In this document: positions 10,007 to 21,100 of the stretch, piece after piece
How the letters are laid out: each line of letters opens with the position of its first letter
Numbering within the stretch: the stretch's first letter is position 1
Source: Obrimoposthia wandeli
Taxonomy: Eukaryota
Length of the DNA stretch: 64,000 bases
Direction: 5' to 3'
Assembly: GCA_977020255.1 (NCBI GenBank)
Contig: CDROCS010000506.1
Location: 3,100,001 to 3,164,000, forward strand
The notes under the pieces: model-generated
Seen by the model: the letters and a program-made list of their open reading frames with translations, nothing else
Told to the model about the DNA's origin: nothing
The model's database searches: none
Made by a program: the position numbers and the translations under genes

Positions 10007-10040
10007 ATTTTCTGGGCCTATTTCTGTTCTTTCTCTCTGT

Positions 10041-10320
10041 TTAGAAAATGAACCCGTATAAGAAACCTGCGCCGATTTCCATACCTAAGATTACGAATAA
10101 GAACGCTGCAATCATCTGGTTTTTGAAGATAGATTTAAGTAATACCACTTCAGTGAAACTTTCTCCTGTACTACCAATAATCAATACCAATACCAATACC
10201 AATACCAATACCAATAACTAATGCCATTGCCATTACTGCGCCAACTCCCATGCCTTTTGCTGCTAATGCGACACTTAACGGGATGACTGCTTCAGCGCTG
10301 ATGTAGAGTGGAATACCGAA
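10041..10320 (-). pseudogene. 5'-truncated, frameshifted relic of the ArsP/DUF318 permease C-terminus
   Basis: Minus strand reads FGIPLYISAEAVIPLSVALAAKGMGVGAVMAMAL-(VI/GI repeat)-frameshift-LIIGSTGESFTEVVLLKSIFKNQMIAAFLFVILGMEIGAGFLYGFIF-TAA. Confidence 0.9.
10182..10216. repeat. (CAATAC)5 plus a partial unit inside the permease relic
   Basis: Five perfect hexamers at 10182-10211 plus CAATA. Confidence 0.95.
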
Positions 10321-10453
10321 TCCGGCTTTGGGTAACCGTGGTACAAACAGTGATATAGCTTCATTATTGCATCGTCACTGTTAATTGGCTCTGGTATAGT
10401 GAGTGTCTGCATTAGTGCGATCCATATCGTTAACTTACCAAGGAATAAGATAA

Positions 10454-11077
10454 ATGAGTCAATTACTTGAACATGCCTTGACCGTGTTTATGGCCTTTTT
10501 TGCCATTATGAATCCAATTGCAAATACGACTGTGTTTGCTGGCCTAACAGGATCAATGGGTAAAGCGAAACAAATGAAGGTGGCTATTAAATCGCTCACG
10601 ATCACCTTTATTATCATCGTACTGTTTTCTATTTTGGGTAAATCAATATTCCATCTCTTTGGTATTACGTTGCCTGCATTACGCATTACTGGCGGTATTT
10701 TGGTATTTCTGGTCGGTTATCATATGCTGCAAGGTAAAAGCTCGAAGTTACATACCGCAGAAGAAAGTGATGACGCAGACATTGCTGTATCTCCGCTCGC
10801 AGTCCCGCTTCTTGCCGGACCTGGTACCATCGCAACCGCAATGAATTATTCATCTGCTGGTGGCTGGAGTGAAATTATCATTACCGTGGCCGCATTTGCG
10901 GTGTTATGTCTGATTACTTTTGTGTGCTTTATTTTTTCGTCAAAGATTATATCGGCAATAGGAGAAAGTGGTCTTAGTATTGTGACCCGCCTGATGGGAC
11001 TAATTTTGGCTGTGATTGGTATGCAAATGCTCATTGGTGGCGTAACGGAAGTGATGAGTACACTCACCAGCGCCTAG
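10454..11077 (+). CDS. MarC-family integral membrane protein
   Basis: IMNPIAN, ALRITGGILVF, SPLAVPLLAGPG, IVTRLMGLILA motifs. Confidence 0.92.
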   Translation: MSQLLEHALTVFMAFFAIMNPIANTTVFAGLTGSMGKAKQMKVAIKSLTITFIIIVLFSILGKSIFHLFGITLPALRITGGILVFLVGYHMLQGKSSKLHTAEESDDADIAVSPLAVPLLAGPGTIATAMNYSSAGGWSEIIITVAAFAVLCLITFVCFIFSSKIISAIGESGLSIVTRLMGLILAVIGMQMLIGGVTEVMSTLTSA

Positions 11078-11115
11078 TCAAACTAGGCGTCATGTTTTAG
11101 CTGTTATTCACCCCG

Positions 11116-12003
11116 TTAGCGTTGGGAAAACAGATTTATTAACGTCATGAAATCGGGCTGCTGTAAACGATGAGCAGCTAACGTGATACCCACTTGACGC
11201 TCTGTTTTTTCAACCCCGGCAATGTTTGAAATGGGGATTGCGGTGTAGTTTTCATGTTCAAGTTGCTCGGTGGTGAGTGGGGCGAGTAAAAGCCCTATTT
11301 GTTGCTCTACCAATGCCAGCGCCCATTCTTCGGTATCAACGGATGCCACGCGCTCTATCTGCAATTCACGCATGTGACCCATCAATATACTCACTTTTTT
11401 GCACTGTCTACGTTCAATCATCGCGATGCCTTGCAGTTGATCTAATGTGACATGGGTTTTAAAAGCGAGTGCATGATTGTTCGGAATTATTAAATAGTAC
11501 TGATCTCGCCATAACGGACGGAATGTCGTTACACTGTGCTTGTTATCGTTGTTTAAATGAATGTTCTTACTGTCGTTATTTAAATTAATGTCTTGGCAAT
11601 CGCTGCCTAAATAAATATCGGCGGTACTGTCGCTGGTTAAATGTAGCAACCATTGCGGACAATGTTGTTGCAGTTGCGACATCAACCGTTTTAAATACAC
11701 CACACTAATATCTGCCTGCACGGCGACAGTGACGGTTTGCCGTGATTGCTGTGGATTAAAATACGCGAACATCGACCCAGCTTGATTTAACAAGGCTTTG
11801 CTGTGTTGATAAAACTGCTGCCCTGCAGACGTCGGCGTTACGCCTTTTTTATGGCGCGTTAATAGCACTGTATCAAACTCCGCCTCCAATTTGTTAATGG
11901 CGATAGTGATAGACGGCTGAGCAACAAAACACTGTTTTGATGCTGCAGTGATACTGCCGGAGTCGACCGCGGCAACAAAATATTTTAACGATTTTAAATC
12001 CAC
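11116..12003 (-). CDS. LysR-family regulator
   Basis: MDLKSLKYF...GSITAASKQCFVAQPSIT HTH; GTG start with GAGGT RBS; contains a 10-aa internal duplication (INLNNDSKNI/IHLNNDNKH). Confidence 0.9.
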   Translation of the reverse strand: MDLKSLKYFVAAVDSGSITAASKQCFVAQPSITIAINKLEAEFDTVLLTRHKKGVTPTSAGQQFYQHSKALLNQAGSMFAYFNPQQSRQTVTVAVQADISVVYLKRLMSQLQQHCPQWLLHLTSDSTADIYLGSDCQDINLNNDSKNIHLNNDNKHSVTTFRPLWRDQYYLIIPNNHALAFKTHVTLDQLQGIAMIERRQCKKVSILMGHMRELQIERVASVDTEEWALALVEQQIGLLLAPLTTEQLEHENYTAIPISNIAGVEKTERQVGITLAAHRLQQPDFMTLINLFSQR

Positions 12004-12102
12004 GAATACCTCTTTTACTATTTACGATTTACTACGTGCGACGGTTATTACGCGCGTACTTTACGATGTGAGAATAGTACGACGTGTGAACCGAATTAAA
12101 GG

Positions 12103-12984
12103 TCACATTAAAAATTCAGGATAGCGCGGTAATGTGGCCGCTACGTTTTCATCATGCGCGGGAACAATGACTAATTTTTTATTTTCGATGGTCAACTGAT
12201 GCAAGGTTTCAACCAGGTCATCTGATTTCTGCTGATCGTAATTGAGATCCATTAACCATTTCACTAATGCGCTGCGGCCAACATTATTGTTTACCCCTGC
12301 GATTGCCCATGTGCTATCGCCAATAAACAGATATTCGTTATTTACCAATACCCCTATCTGACCGTGGGTATGACCAGCCATATCGAGCAAGATGACCGAG
12401 CCATCATCAAACACATCTAAGCTAGCTGCAAAACCTAATTTACGGGTGTTATTTAATGAGATGAAATGCCAGTTTATCGCGGGATCATCAAATTGGCTTT
12501 GAATAAAAGCAGGTGGCGCATGTTTTTTGGCGGTTTCTAATTCTTCTTTCTGCACCCATATCGGTGTATTAAAGCGTTTGAAATCTTCAATGCCTGAGGC
12601 ATGATCCCAATGTAAATGGGTCGGTATAATGGCTTTTAAGCGGCTAAAATCATAACCCTGTTGCTGCAATTGATCGACCGCTGGTACGGCTTTTGTGTAA
12701 GCTAATAACTGCTGATCCAGCCAACCCATCACCGCGACTTGGTCATCTACGTTTCTGCCAAGGCCGGTATCAATTAATAAATCGCCTCGCTCATGTTGAA
12801 TGAGTACTGCGTTGTGCACCAGCTGACGTTTTTTAAACCATTCCCCACCCGAGACAATAAGCCCTTCAGAACTGCCTGCCGATTGTCCGGTATTGATGAC
12901 CGAGAAATTGGCCTTGGCCGCTATCGCGTTGAAACTGCAAACCAGCGTACTTGCCATGATTAAAACAACACCCATATTTTTCAT
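12103..12984 (-). CDS. Exported MBL-fold metallohydrolase (AHL-lactonase-like subfamily)
   Basis: Signal peptide, LLIDTG, THLHWDHASG (HxHxDH), GHTHG, GD and PAHD metal ligands; AGGAG RBS supports ATG 12984. Confidence 0.8.
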   Translation of the reverse strand: MKNMGVVLIMASTLVCSFNAIAAKANFSVINTGQSAGSSEGLIVSGGEWFKKRQLVHNAVLIQHERGDLLIDTGLGRNVDDQVAVMGWLDQQLLAYTKAVPAVDQLQQQGYDFSRLKAIIPTHLHWDHASGIEDFKRFNTPIWVQKEELETAKKHAPPAFIQSQFDDPAINWHFISLNNTRKLGFAASLDVFDDGSVILLDMAGHTHGQIGVLVNNEYLFIGDSTWAIAGVNNNVGRSALVKWLMDLNYDQQKSDDLVETLHQLTIENKKLVIVPAHDENVAATLPRYPEFLM

Positions 12985-13389
12985 TATTATCACTCCTTTG
13001 AAAGAAAGAGTAAGTGTATGTAGCCACTGCCCATATGTAAAATATACTATATCTATAGTAATGGCATATTTTTATTATGGATGGGGGTTGTCAGATATAG
13101 GCTGAGAGTGTTCATTGTGCCCCCCGTCACATCTTGATCGATGTTTTCAGTGATTATTTTAAATCTACCCCGTGGGGATCATACCTACGACTGAACTAGA
13201 ACCTGTATTGCCATAAATATTTTATTAGATTGTATTTATTTCATATGCTTAGCGTAACTTATCATGCTGAATATTGATGTGGATCATAAGCCCAGTCTTA
13301 TTTGTTGATAATATGTTACCCCTTGTTGGGTACTGGTTGGCAATCTGTTGCTGATCTGTTGACTGGTCAAATTGTGAAAGCGATAAAAT

Positions 13390-15006
13390 ATGAAATTAAG
13401 TGATTTATCAATTAAATACAAATTATTATCCCTCGTTATCTTTTCCGCATTACTTTTGATCGCGGCTTGTATCTACAATCTCAATGAGCAGAGAAAGTCT
13501 TCTTTGATTGAGCGTGAGAGCAAACTGAGCGCGCAAGTTGAAGTGGCAGTCAGTTTGCTTGACCATTATTATCAGCAACGTAATGAATTAGGTGTTGAAG
13601 CCGCAAAGCAAAGTGCTATTAAGGCGATTAGCAGTATTCGCTACGATACTGATAACTACTTTTGGATCCTAACGCCGCAACTGCAAGTTATTTCTCATCC
13701 TAAAAAGCCAGCATTAAATGGTGTTAATGCCCGAGACTTCAAAGATGGTGCCGGCAAATATCATTGGCGTGAAATGGGTGTTATTGCCACTACGACTAAA
13801 GCGGGATTTCTTGATTATCAATGGGTAAGTCCACAGAATGTATTGAAAGATAAAATCTCTTATGTCCAGCTGTACCCTGAATGGCAGTGGATTATCGGGT
13901 CGGGTATTTTGGTTGCAGATATACAAGAAGACTTCCTTGCCGCCAGTCTAAAAGAAGCCATTGTCGCGGCAGTGTTGATCGCCATCTTAGCTAGCTGGGG
14001 ATTTGTCATTGCCAGTAATATCATTAAACCATTGGAAAAATTGATCGCCAGTACCCATAACATTGCGGATGGAGATTTGACGGTAAGATTACATGCTGGT
14101 CGTAAAGATGAATTGGGCGAAATGAGTAATGAAATTGACCGTATGCTGGAGAAGTTACAAATGACGTTATTAGCCGCTAATGAATCGGCTGAACAGTCTG
14201 CCAGCATGGCACAAAGTATTGCGCAAGCAAGTGAAGAAGCAGCCGTTAGTGTCAACAGTCAGCATATCCAGCTCGAGCTACTTTCTTCGGCGATGACCGA
14301 GATGAGCGCGACGATTGAAGATGTAGCCAGCAATGCGGAAAACACCGCTTGTAGCACCTCGTTAGTGACCGATCATGCGACGCAAAGCGGCACCGCGATG
14401 CAAAACACTGCATCGACTATCTCTGATGTTTCGAAAGGCATTGCGTCGGCGGATCAATTGGTGCGTGAGTTACAAGCGGGGGTCTATGAAATTAGTGCCG
14501 TTGTGAACGTGATCAGTGAGGTTTCCGAACAGACTAATTTACTGGCGCTAAATGCCGCCATTGAAGCCGCTCGTGCAGGGGAACAAGGTCGCGGTTTTGC
14601 GGTGGTGGCTGATGAAGTTAGAAATTTAGCCAACCGTACTAAGCAATCAACAAGTGCAGTTCAGAAAACCATTGATGCGCTAATTGAACGTACTGAACGA
14701 ACGGTTAAAGCCATGGCCAGCAGTAATTTGAAGGTGGAGGAGAGTGTGGGTGTTTCAGTTGCAACCCAGCAACAGCTTACAACGATGGTTTCTGAATTGA
14801 TCCGCTCTAATGATATGGTCGCGCAGATTGCCGCTGCATCAGAGCAGCAAGGTTTGGTCGCAAATGAAATGACTCAAAATGTGAGTATCATCCATCTTGC
14901 TGCCAATGAAGTAAAACAAGCATCGCAAATGCTGGCAGAAGAGAGCCAATCACTGGCTGTGACCTCAGAGGTTCTTTACGGCCAGTTAAAGTATTTCAAA
15001 GTTTAA
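13390..15006 (+). CDS. Methyl-accepting chemotaxis protein (sCache_2-HAMP-MA)
   Basis: Two TMs, NYFWI...HP...KDGAGK...WQWIIGSG Cache domain, [31 protein letters not shown]. Confidence 0.95.
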   Translation: MKLSDLSIKYKLLSLVIFSALLLIAACIYNLNEQRKSSLIERESKLSAQVEVAVSLLDHYYQQRNELGVEAAKQSAIKAISSIRYDTDNYFWILTPQLQVISHPKKPALNGVNARDFKDGAGKYHWREMGVIATTTKAGFLDYQWVSPQNVLKDKISYVQLYPEWQWIIGSGILVADIQEDFLAASLKEAIVAAVLIAILASWGFVIASNIIKPLEKLIASTHNIADGDLTVRLHAGRKDELGEMSNEIDRMLEKLQMTLLAANESAEQSASMAQSIAQASEEAAVSVNSQHIQLELLSSAMTEMSATIEDVASNAENTACSTSLVTDHATQSGTAMQNTASTISDVSKGIASADQLVRELQAGVYEISAVVNVISEVSEQTNLLALNAAIEAARAGEQGRGFAVVADEVRNLANRTKQSTSAVQKTIDALIERTERTVKAMASSNLKVEESVGVSVATQQQLTTMVSELIRSNDMVAQIAAASEQQGLVANEMTQNVSIIHLAANEVKQASQMLAEESQSLAVTSEVLYGQLKYFKV

Positions 15007-15047
15007 ATATCTATGTTGCTATTTAGCTCTTTACTTGATGTTCCGAA

Positions 15048-16073
15048 TTACTTGATAACGCTTGTTATCCAAGGGCCAATGAATGTTGATGCTGTAATGA
15101 TAATAGAAAAATGGTTATTATCTTCAACGGTTATTATTTCTTTGCTGGTGGTGTTTTTACTATTTTTTTGCGCAAATTGGGTGACCTTTATAGGGTCAAA
15201 TGCTTCGTCTTTATCGCCAATCCATAGCCCAAATTGCGGTAATGCCGATAATTGTGTATCCGGCGAAGAGGGCGTGACAGCATTCGACATATTGACAGTA
15301 TTAAATGCCACTATTTCAGGATTGTTTGCTAAAACGTTGGCGGGAAAATTGAATTTAACCGCTTTTGCATGACCAGAAAAAAGTCCGCCACTCATGCTGT
15401 TTATGACAAAATCTGTCACGTTGACTTGAGAAAATTCGTAACCGTCATTTTTATCTTTATCGTGACTTGTTTCTGAACGAAAACCAAAATAGGGGGCAAT
15501 AAATACATAACCGTCAATGGGGGCTTTTTGTTCCCAGCTGGAATAGTTAAGTGCAAGACCGGCCCCTGCTGAATGCCCACCTAAAAAGAGCGGCAGGTTT
15601 GGATACTGAACACGGGCGTGTTTTACCAGCGTGTTAATATCTAACCAAACTTGTTCATCACTGGGCGCATCACCTCGGTCACCACCTGAACGTCCATGGC
15701 CTCTTAAATCTGGTGTATATACGGCTATGTCAAATTCATCTCTTAAGCCCACTCCAATATGATTATAAGAAAGTCCACTGTGGGCACCGGCGCCATGATA
15801 AAAAATTAAAATTGCTTTAGGTTGTAATGGACGATAAGCCCTAAACGCCAATGCGGTATTATCACTCGCTTGCACATATTCCAAAGGCATAAGCTCTTTT
15901 TTATCGGCACTTTTTAATTCTTTCAGTGAAAAGAATTTCTGTTGTTGTGGCGCCAGTGATAGCGGTTGCGCTAATTGATTTGCATGTGATTGTTTGATTA
16001 ACGGAAAAAGCATTATCATCATGGCTAACACGTAACTTATTTTCATCATCATTCCTTTCATTAGGCTTTTCAT
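15048..16073 (-). CDS. Secreted alpha/beta hydrolase (lysophospholipase-like)
   Basis: YHGAG, PDLRGHGRS, GGHSAG nucleophile elbow, NNHF His; signal peptide. The true start is probably one of the downstream Met codons. Confidence 0.85.
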   Translation of the reverse strand: MKSLMKGMMMKISYVLAMMIMLFPLIKQSHANQLAQPLSLAPQQQKFFSLKELKSADKKELMPLEYVQASDNTALAFRAYRPLQPKAILIFYHGAGAHSGLSYNHIGVGLRDEFDIAVYTPDLRGHGRSGGDRGDAPSDEQVWLDINTLVKHARVQYPNLPLFLGGHSAGAGLALNYSSWEQKAPIDGYVFIAPYFGFRSETSHDKDKNDGYEFSQVNVTDFVINSMSGGLFSGHAKAVKFNFPANVLANNPEIVAFNTVNMSNAVTPSSPDTQLSALPQFGLWIGDKDEAFDPIKVTQFAQKNSKNTTSKEIITVEDNNHFSIIITASTFIGPWITSVIK

Positions 16074-16087
16074 TTCGACTTGACTGG

Positions 16088-16954
16088 TTATTTCAAGGGG
16101 AGATAAATATCTGTCACGACTTCCGCCTCTGGCACATCAGGGAAAAAACTGACTCTTTCAAAAAAGAGCGGGGCATCACGTAATTCTACTTCACTTTGCG
16201 CAAGCCAATCGGAATATAAATAAGCGATAGTTTCACTAATTGTATCGTCAGAACCTACATGTCGAATAACCGCACAACGTCCTGCTGCGATATTTTTTGT
16301 GACGACCCCATGCTCATTTTTTGTTACGTCAGATTTAACTGATACGCATATGTCACAGCGATACTTCTCTGGTTCAGTTACCGCGGGATCATCATAAACA
16401 ATGTTAAAGGTTCTGCTGACTTTGGGTGACAAATTGTTTTTTCTACGCCAATCAATAAATAAGTTAATGGTATTGCCAAGTAACTCGAGGGGACCAAGGT
16501 GTACTAAGGCGGCTACTTTAACTTCATTAAAATCCACAATTTCAACACGATGAGAGCGTTTATTTGATTTCATTCGTTGGATCCTTAACGTCTTGGATTG
16601 TTCATATTTTTGATACCACGGCTGCCATTGCGGTTGTTCCCTAAATTGGGATGGATTCTGGCCAATGGATTGACTGAAAGCCCGAGAAAATGCTTCTGAA
16701 CTTTCATAACCATTAGCGACTGCAATATCAATAATTCGCATCTCTTTTTTAAACGCTAATTGGTAGGAAGCGCGCTTCATTCTAGCTTGTCTAATATAAG
16801 CGAATGCCGTTATGCCAAAGAGTGATGCAAACTGCCGATGGAAATGATATTTAGATAAACAGGCCAGATTACTTAACTTATCGATGGTTAGATCTTCATC
16901 CAAGTTAGAATCTATATAGTTTAGCAATTGATGAAAACGTTGAGGATAATTCAT
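16088..16954 (-). CDS. AraC-family regulator with GyrI-like effector domain
   Basis: LSKYHFHRQF, GYESSEAFSRAF N-terminal HTH; C-terminal GRCAVIRHVG...DIYLPL GyrI domain. Confidence 0.92.
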   Translation of the reverse strand: MNYPQRFHQLLNYIDSNLDEDLTIDKLSNLACLSKYHFHRQFASLFGITAFAYIRQARMKRASYQLAFKKEMRIIDIAVANGYESSEAFSRAFSQSIGQNPSQFREQPQWQPWYQKYEQSKTLRIQRMKSNKRSHRVEIVDFNEVKVAALVHLGPLELLGNTINLFIDWRRKNNLSPKVSRTFNIVYDDPAVTEPEKYRCDICVSVKSDVTKNEHGVVTKNIAAGRCAVIRHVGSDDTISETIAYLYSDWLAQSEVELRDAPLFFERVSFFPDVPEAEVVTDIYLPLK

Positions 16955-17279
16955 GCTCTATAGCAACCTTAAGATGGACTCGCTCGGTAACAATAAGTTA
17001 CTCATTTACACTTGATGATACATGATGAAAGTTGCGGAGTTTCAATATCCGCCGCAAAGGCTGTAAAAGTGTGGGCTACTTCCCGCTTGTGATGTATGAG
17101 GATTAGACTCGGTGATTATAATGTATTGGTCTGTTTGATTTCAAATTGTAGAGGAGGTTAGATAGGCTATCGATTGTAATGCGAGATAGGGGGCTGGATA
17201 AAATTAAGCATGTTGAGGTAATAATAAGCTAAGTTGGGTCATTATAAATCCCAACAAAGCTTCATGGCAGGGGGCTGAA

Positions 17280-17582
17280 TTATACTAATTCAGGCCCTAA
17301 ACGTAGACGCGCTTCATAGTCGTCGTAGTAATCTCTTTCTGCTAATAACACAGTTAATTTGTCTAAGGTGAAATCTTGATTACTCACGCCATTTTCTAAG
17401 CGTTGTAAGCAATGACCAATCGCTGTTTGCTCGTCTTGCTCTAAATATTCTCGGCAAAAATACAGTGGCGGTAGGCCATAAGCAAATGAGGTTAATTGGG
17501 CAATGTGCATTGCATCGAGTGGTTGTGTTAATTGTGCGAGAGAAATATTGGCAGTTGACTGATCTTGACCGGTATTAGACAT
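17280..17582 (-). CDS. Hypothetical protein (100 aa)
   Basis: Protein-like ORF; no recognisable motif. Confidence 0.7.
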   Translation of the reverse strand: MSNTGQDQSTANISLAQLTQPLDAMHIAQLTSFAYGLPPLYFCREYLEQDEQTAIGHCLQRLENGVSNQDFTLDKLTVLLAERDYYDDYEARLRLGPELV

Positions 17583-17645
17583 TGAAAGCGCTCATATAAG
17601 AAAGACCCTAAATATCTTACAGTAAAACTATTTTTATTACTGAGC

Positions 17646-18092
17646 TTATTCGATATAAATTCGATGGTTTCTGGTGCGGAACTGCTGTGGTGTCATAGCA
17701 AAACGTGCTTTAAAGGCGTGGATATAAGAAGAATCGTTTTGATAACCCACCTGATGTGCCACGTTTTGTATTGATAGCTCGGACTCTAGCAGAGACAGTG
17801 ACTGAATTAGACGTAAGTGCTGTCGCCACAACGCAAACGATGTATTGAACTCTTTCGCAAATATTCGTGACAATGTACGTTCAGATGCCCCCACTATTTC
17901 ACCCCATTTTGACAATGTAAAATCCAATTCTGGCTGCGCTGTTAAACGCTCAAAAATAACCTTAATGGGTCTATCTTGTGGCATTAATAGCTTGAACTTG
18001 AACGATTCACTGCTATGAATTTGGTCATGGACCTCAAGTATTAGTTGAGAGCTTATCTCGAGCGCATTAGATCTCGTATGGCGGTGGCAAAT
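17646..18092 (-). pseudogene. 5'-truncated AraC-family regulator (HTH only)
   Basis: C-terminal HTH (GASERTLSRIF, GYQNDSSYIHAF) is intact. The frame extends 36 codons upstream of ATG 17984 to a TAG at 18093-18095, with no N-terminal ligand domain. Confidence 0.7.
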
Positions 18093-18127
18093 CTATCCTT
18101 GTTTTGCTGTACGCATGCTGTTGGCTA

Positions 18128-21100
18128 TTACGCTATCAAGCCAAGTTGTTGATTGTCGGCCAGGGATATGCCGACCAACAAGTGACAGTGAAGTATTGGC
18201 GTGATCGGCTGTCCAAAATGTGGGATCTTTGCCGCTGGCATCGGCCGTGCAATGCCATAACCCTGAGCGGCATAACAACCCATTTCGAGCAGCATCAACC
18301 CGTGTTCTGTTGTCTCAACACCTTCGGCAATGACTTCTCGGTTAAAAGAACTGGCTAACGCAAGTACGCCATTGATAATGGCATAATCGTCAGGATCATC
18401 GAGCATGTTCTTCACAAAACTTTGATCTATTTTGATGGTATTTGCTGGTAAATCCTTGAGGTGGGTAAGTGACGAATAACCCGTACCAAAATCATCGAGG
18501 GCGATATTCACCCCTAATACATTTAGGCAGGTATTGAGAATATCGCGAATGGTATTGAGATCAGTCAGCGCGCCACTTTCTAATATTTCTAATTGTAAAT
18601 ACTTGGCATTGAAATTAGGATAGCTTGCTAATGCATTTTCCAGCTGAGTTAAAAATGCGGGTGAGATCAAGTGATAACAAGCGATATTGACACTCACTTC
18701 AAGAAAAATACCTTGTTGTTGCCATTCAACCGTTTGCTTCAGTGCTTGGTTAATAACCCAATCACCTATCTGAATTTCTAACGCTGAACCTTCAATAATC
18801 GGTAAGAAGTCCAGCGGTGGGATCAGACCATCTTCTGGATGTAACCAACGGATCAAGGCTTCAGCACCATATACCTCACCGGTTTTCATATTTATTTTTG
18901 GTTGGTAATATAAAGCAAATTCGTTATTTAATAAGGCCTGTTGTATTTCATCAAGCTGCTGGTTTTTTTGTGTTTTTTGTTTATCTTGTTCTGGATTAAA
19001 TAAATGAAAACGATTTTTACCGGCTAATTTTGCTTGATACATCGAATAATCAGCGTGACGTAATAAGGTATCTAAGTCGGCATCATTATCTGGATACAGT
19101 GTAACGCCAATTGAAACACTGATATTAAAAATATGCCCGGCAATAAGATAAGGTTGGGCAAGACAATGATTAATCTGGGTTAATAGTTCCTGACAATGCT
19201 GCAGTGATTCGATCTCACCTAATAACAGCACAAACTCATCACCACCCTGGCGTGATGCGGTATCTTCATCTCTGATATTCGAGCTGAGACGTTGCGCAAC
19301 TGCGATGAGTAATTGATCGCCAATGTCATGGCCATAGCGATCATTGACTGGCTTGAAGTTGTCCAAATCTAGAAAACACACACCAAGCATGGTGCCTGTT
19401 TGCTGACTATGGTTAATGCCTAACTTGAAACGGTCTGCAAGCAGTGAGCGGTTGGGTAATTCGGTGAGCATGTCATAATGCGCCATTAATTCGAGTTTTT
19501 GTTGCTGCTGTTTAGCCTGCGTAATATCAGCGAATAAGCCCACATAGTGTAAGGTCTCGCCATCATCATTGCTGAGTGAGGAAATAGACAGTCGGGCGGC
19601 AAAGAGTTCACCGTTTTTCTTTTTATTCCACACTTCGCCATGCCAGTGACCCTGTTCAACGAGGCTCTGCCACATTTCAATAAAAAAAGTAGGGCTCTGT
19701 TTGTTGGACGAAAGGATACTCGGCGTTTGGCCTAATACTTCGTTAAGACTGTAACCAGTGACGCGCGTGAACGCGGGATTGATATCAATGATTTTTCCCG
19801 TTGCATCGGTGATCATCAGCCCTTCATTGGTCTCGCTAAATACACGGGAAGAAAGCTTAATTTTTTCATCTGACAAATTTCGTTCAATGGCTATTACGCT
19901 GAGTTGAACGGCGAACTCGAGTAACTTGAAATCTCTCGCTGTTGGTGTGCTCGGTTGATGATGGTAAATTGCAAAGGTGCCCAGTAGTTGATTGTTCGAC
20001 CCTATAATAGGTTCAGACCAGCAAGAGGCTAAATGAGCTTTGGCTGCTAGCGCTTTAAAGGGGGACCAATATGGGTGAGTTTGCGTATTTTCAACGATCA
20101 CTCTTTGTTTTGTGAATGCGGCGGTGCCGCAACTGCCGACGCCATCTCCGATCTCGATACCATCAATAGCGGCATTGTAAAAATCAGGAATGTTTGAGGA
20201 TGAAAATCCACAATGAAGCTGGTTGCCTCGGGTATTTGCCAATAGTACAGAGCACAGCGCGCCAGTTTGTTCTTGTTCGATAAAACTAACGATATGTTCT
20301 AAAATTATATTTAGTGGATCGCCTTTTAATAATTTCTCTAACACCGCGCTACGTGCATTATCATGTAACTCGATTTTTTTACGCTGCGATATATCGGTAT
20401 GCACACCTGTGCACCAGGTTGGTTTATGCTGATCATCCCATGCGGTAAATTCACAGGTTGTTTGGATCCATAACCACTGTCCATCTTTACCTTTTCTTCT
20501 ATATTCAAGTTCAAATGCCACGCCATTGCGTAAGGATTGTTGATATTTATTTGAAGCTGACCCAAGGTCGTCTGGATGAATGCTTTCTAGCCAATGCGCT
20601 AACGTCGTTTGTACGTCGGCCGGACCATAGCCTGCCATTTTAGCGCTGTGACCACCAAATGAAATGTCACCGCTTTGTACGTTTAGCTCAAACCACACTT
20701 GTCCTGCTGATGTTAACGCTAAATTTAAGCGTTTTAAATTATCGTCTAATTCTTTCGTACGCGCAGCAACAATATTTTTCAACCCTGTTTTATCATCTCT
20801 TATGCGTAAGATTGAGATAGCAGAAAAGGTCACTAATATTGTAAATAGCATACCCAACAGCGACATCACGAAGAGCGAAATGTAGTGATTACAACCATTG
20901 CTGTGAGATATTTTTAACATCCACGTCACGTTGGCTATGTTGATGTTGTTTACAACGGGAAAAGCAGACAGTAATTCAGGTGAGTTTACTAAAACTTGCA
21001 TTTCCCCGGTGTCGGGATGAGTGCGAGATAATTGATAAGCGAACCCTGCATCGACTAATGCCGATAGCTTTACAGGCGCAAGTACTTGCGGAAAACGTAA

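Noticed and set aside
10321-10453. Hairpin (ACAGTGA...TCACTGT) upstream of marC as a riboswitch
   Set aside because: Single hairpin with no recognisable yybP-ykoY or other aptamer consensus.
18093-18278. Possible frameshift in the EAL gene C-terminus at a T4 run
   Set aside because: All catalytic EAL motifs precede it and I cannot tell which tail is ancestral without homologue alignment.
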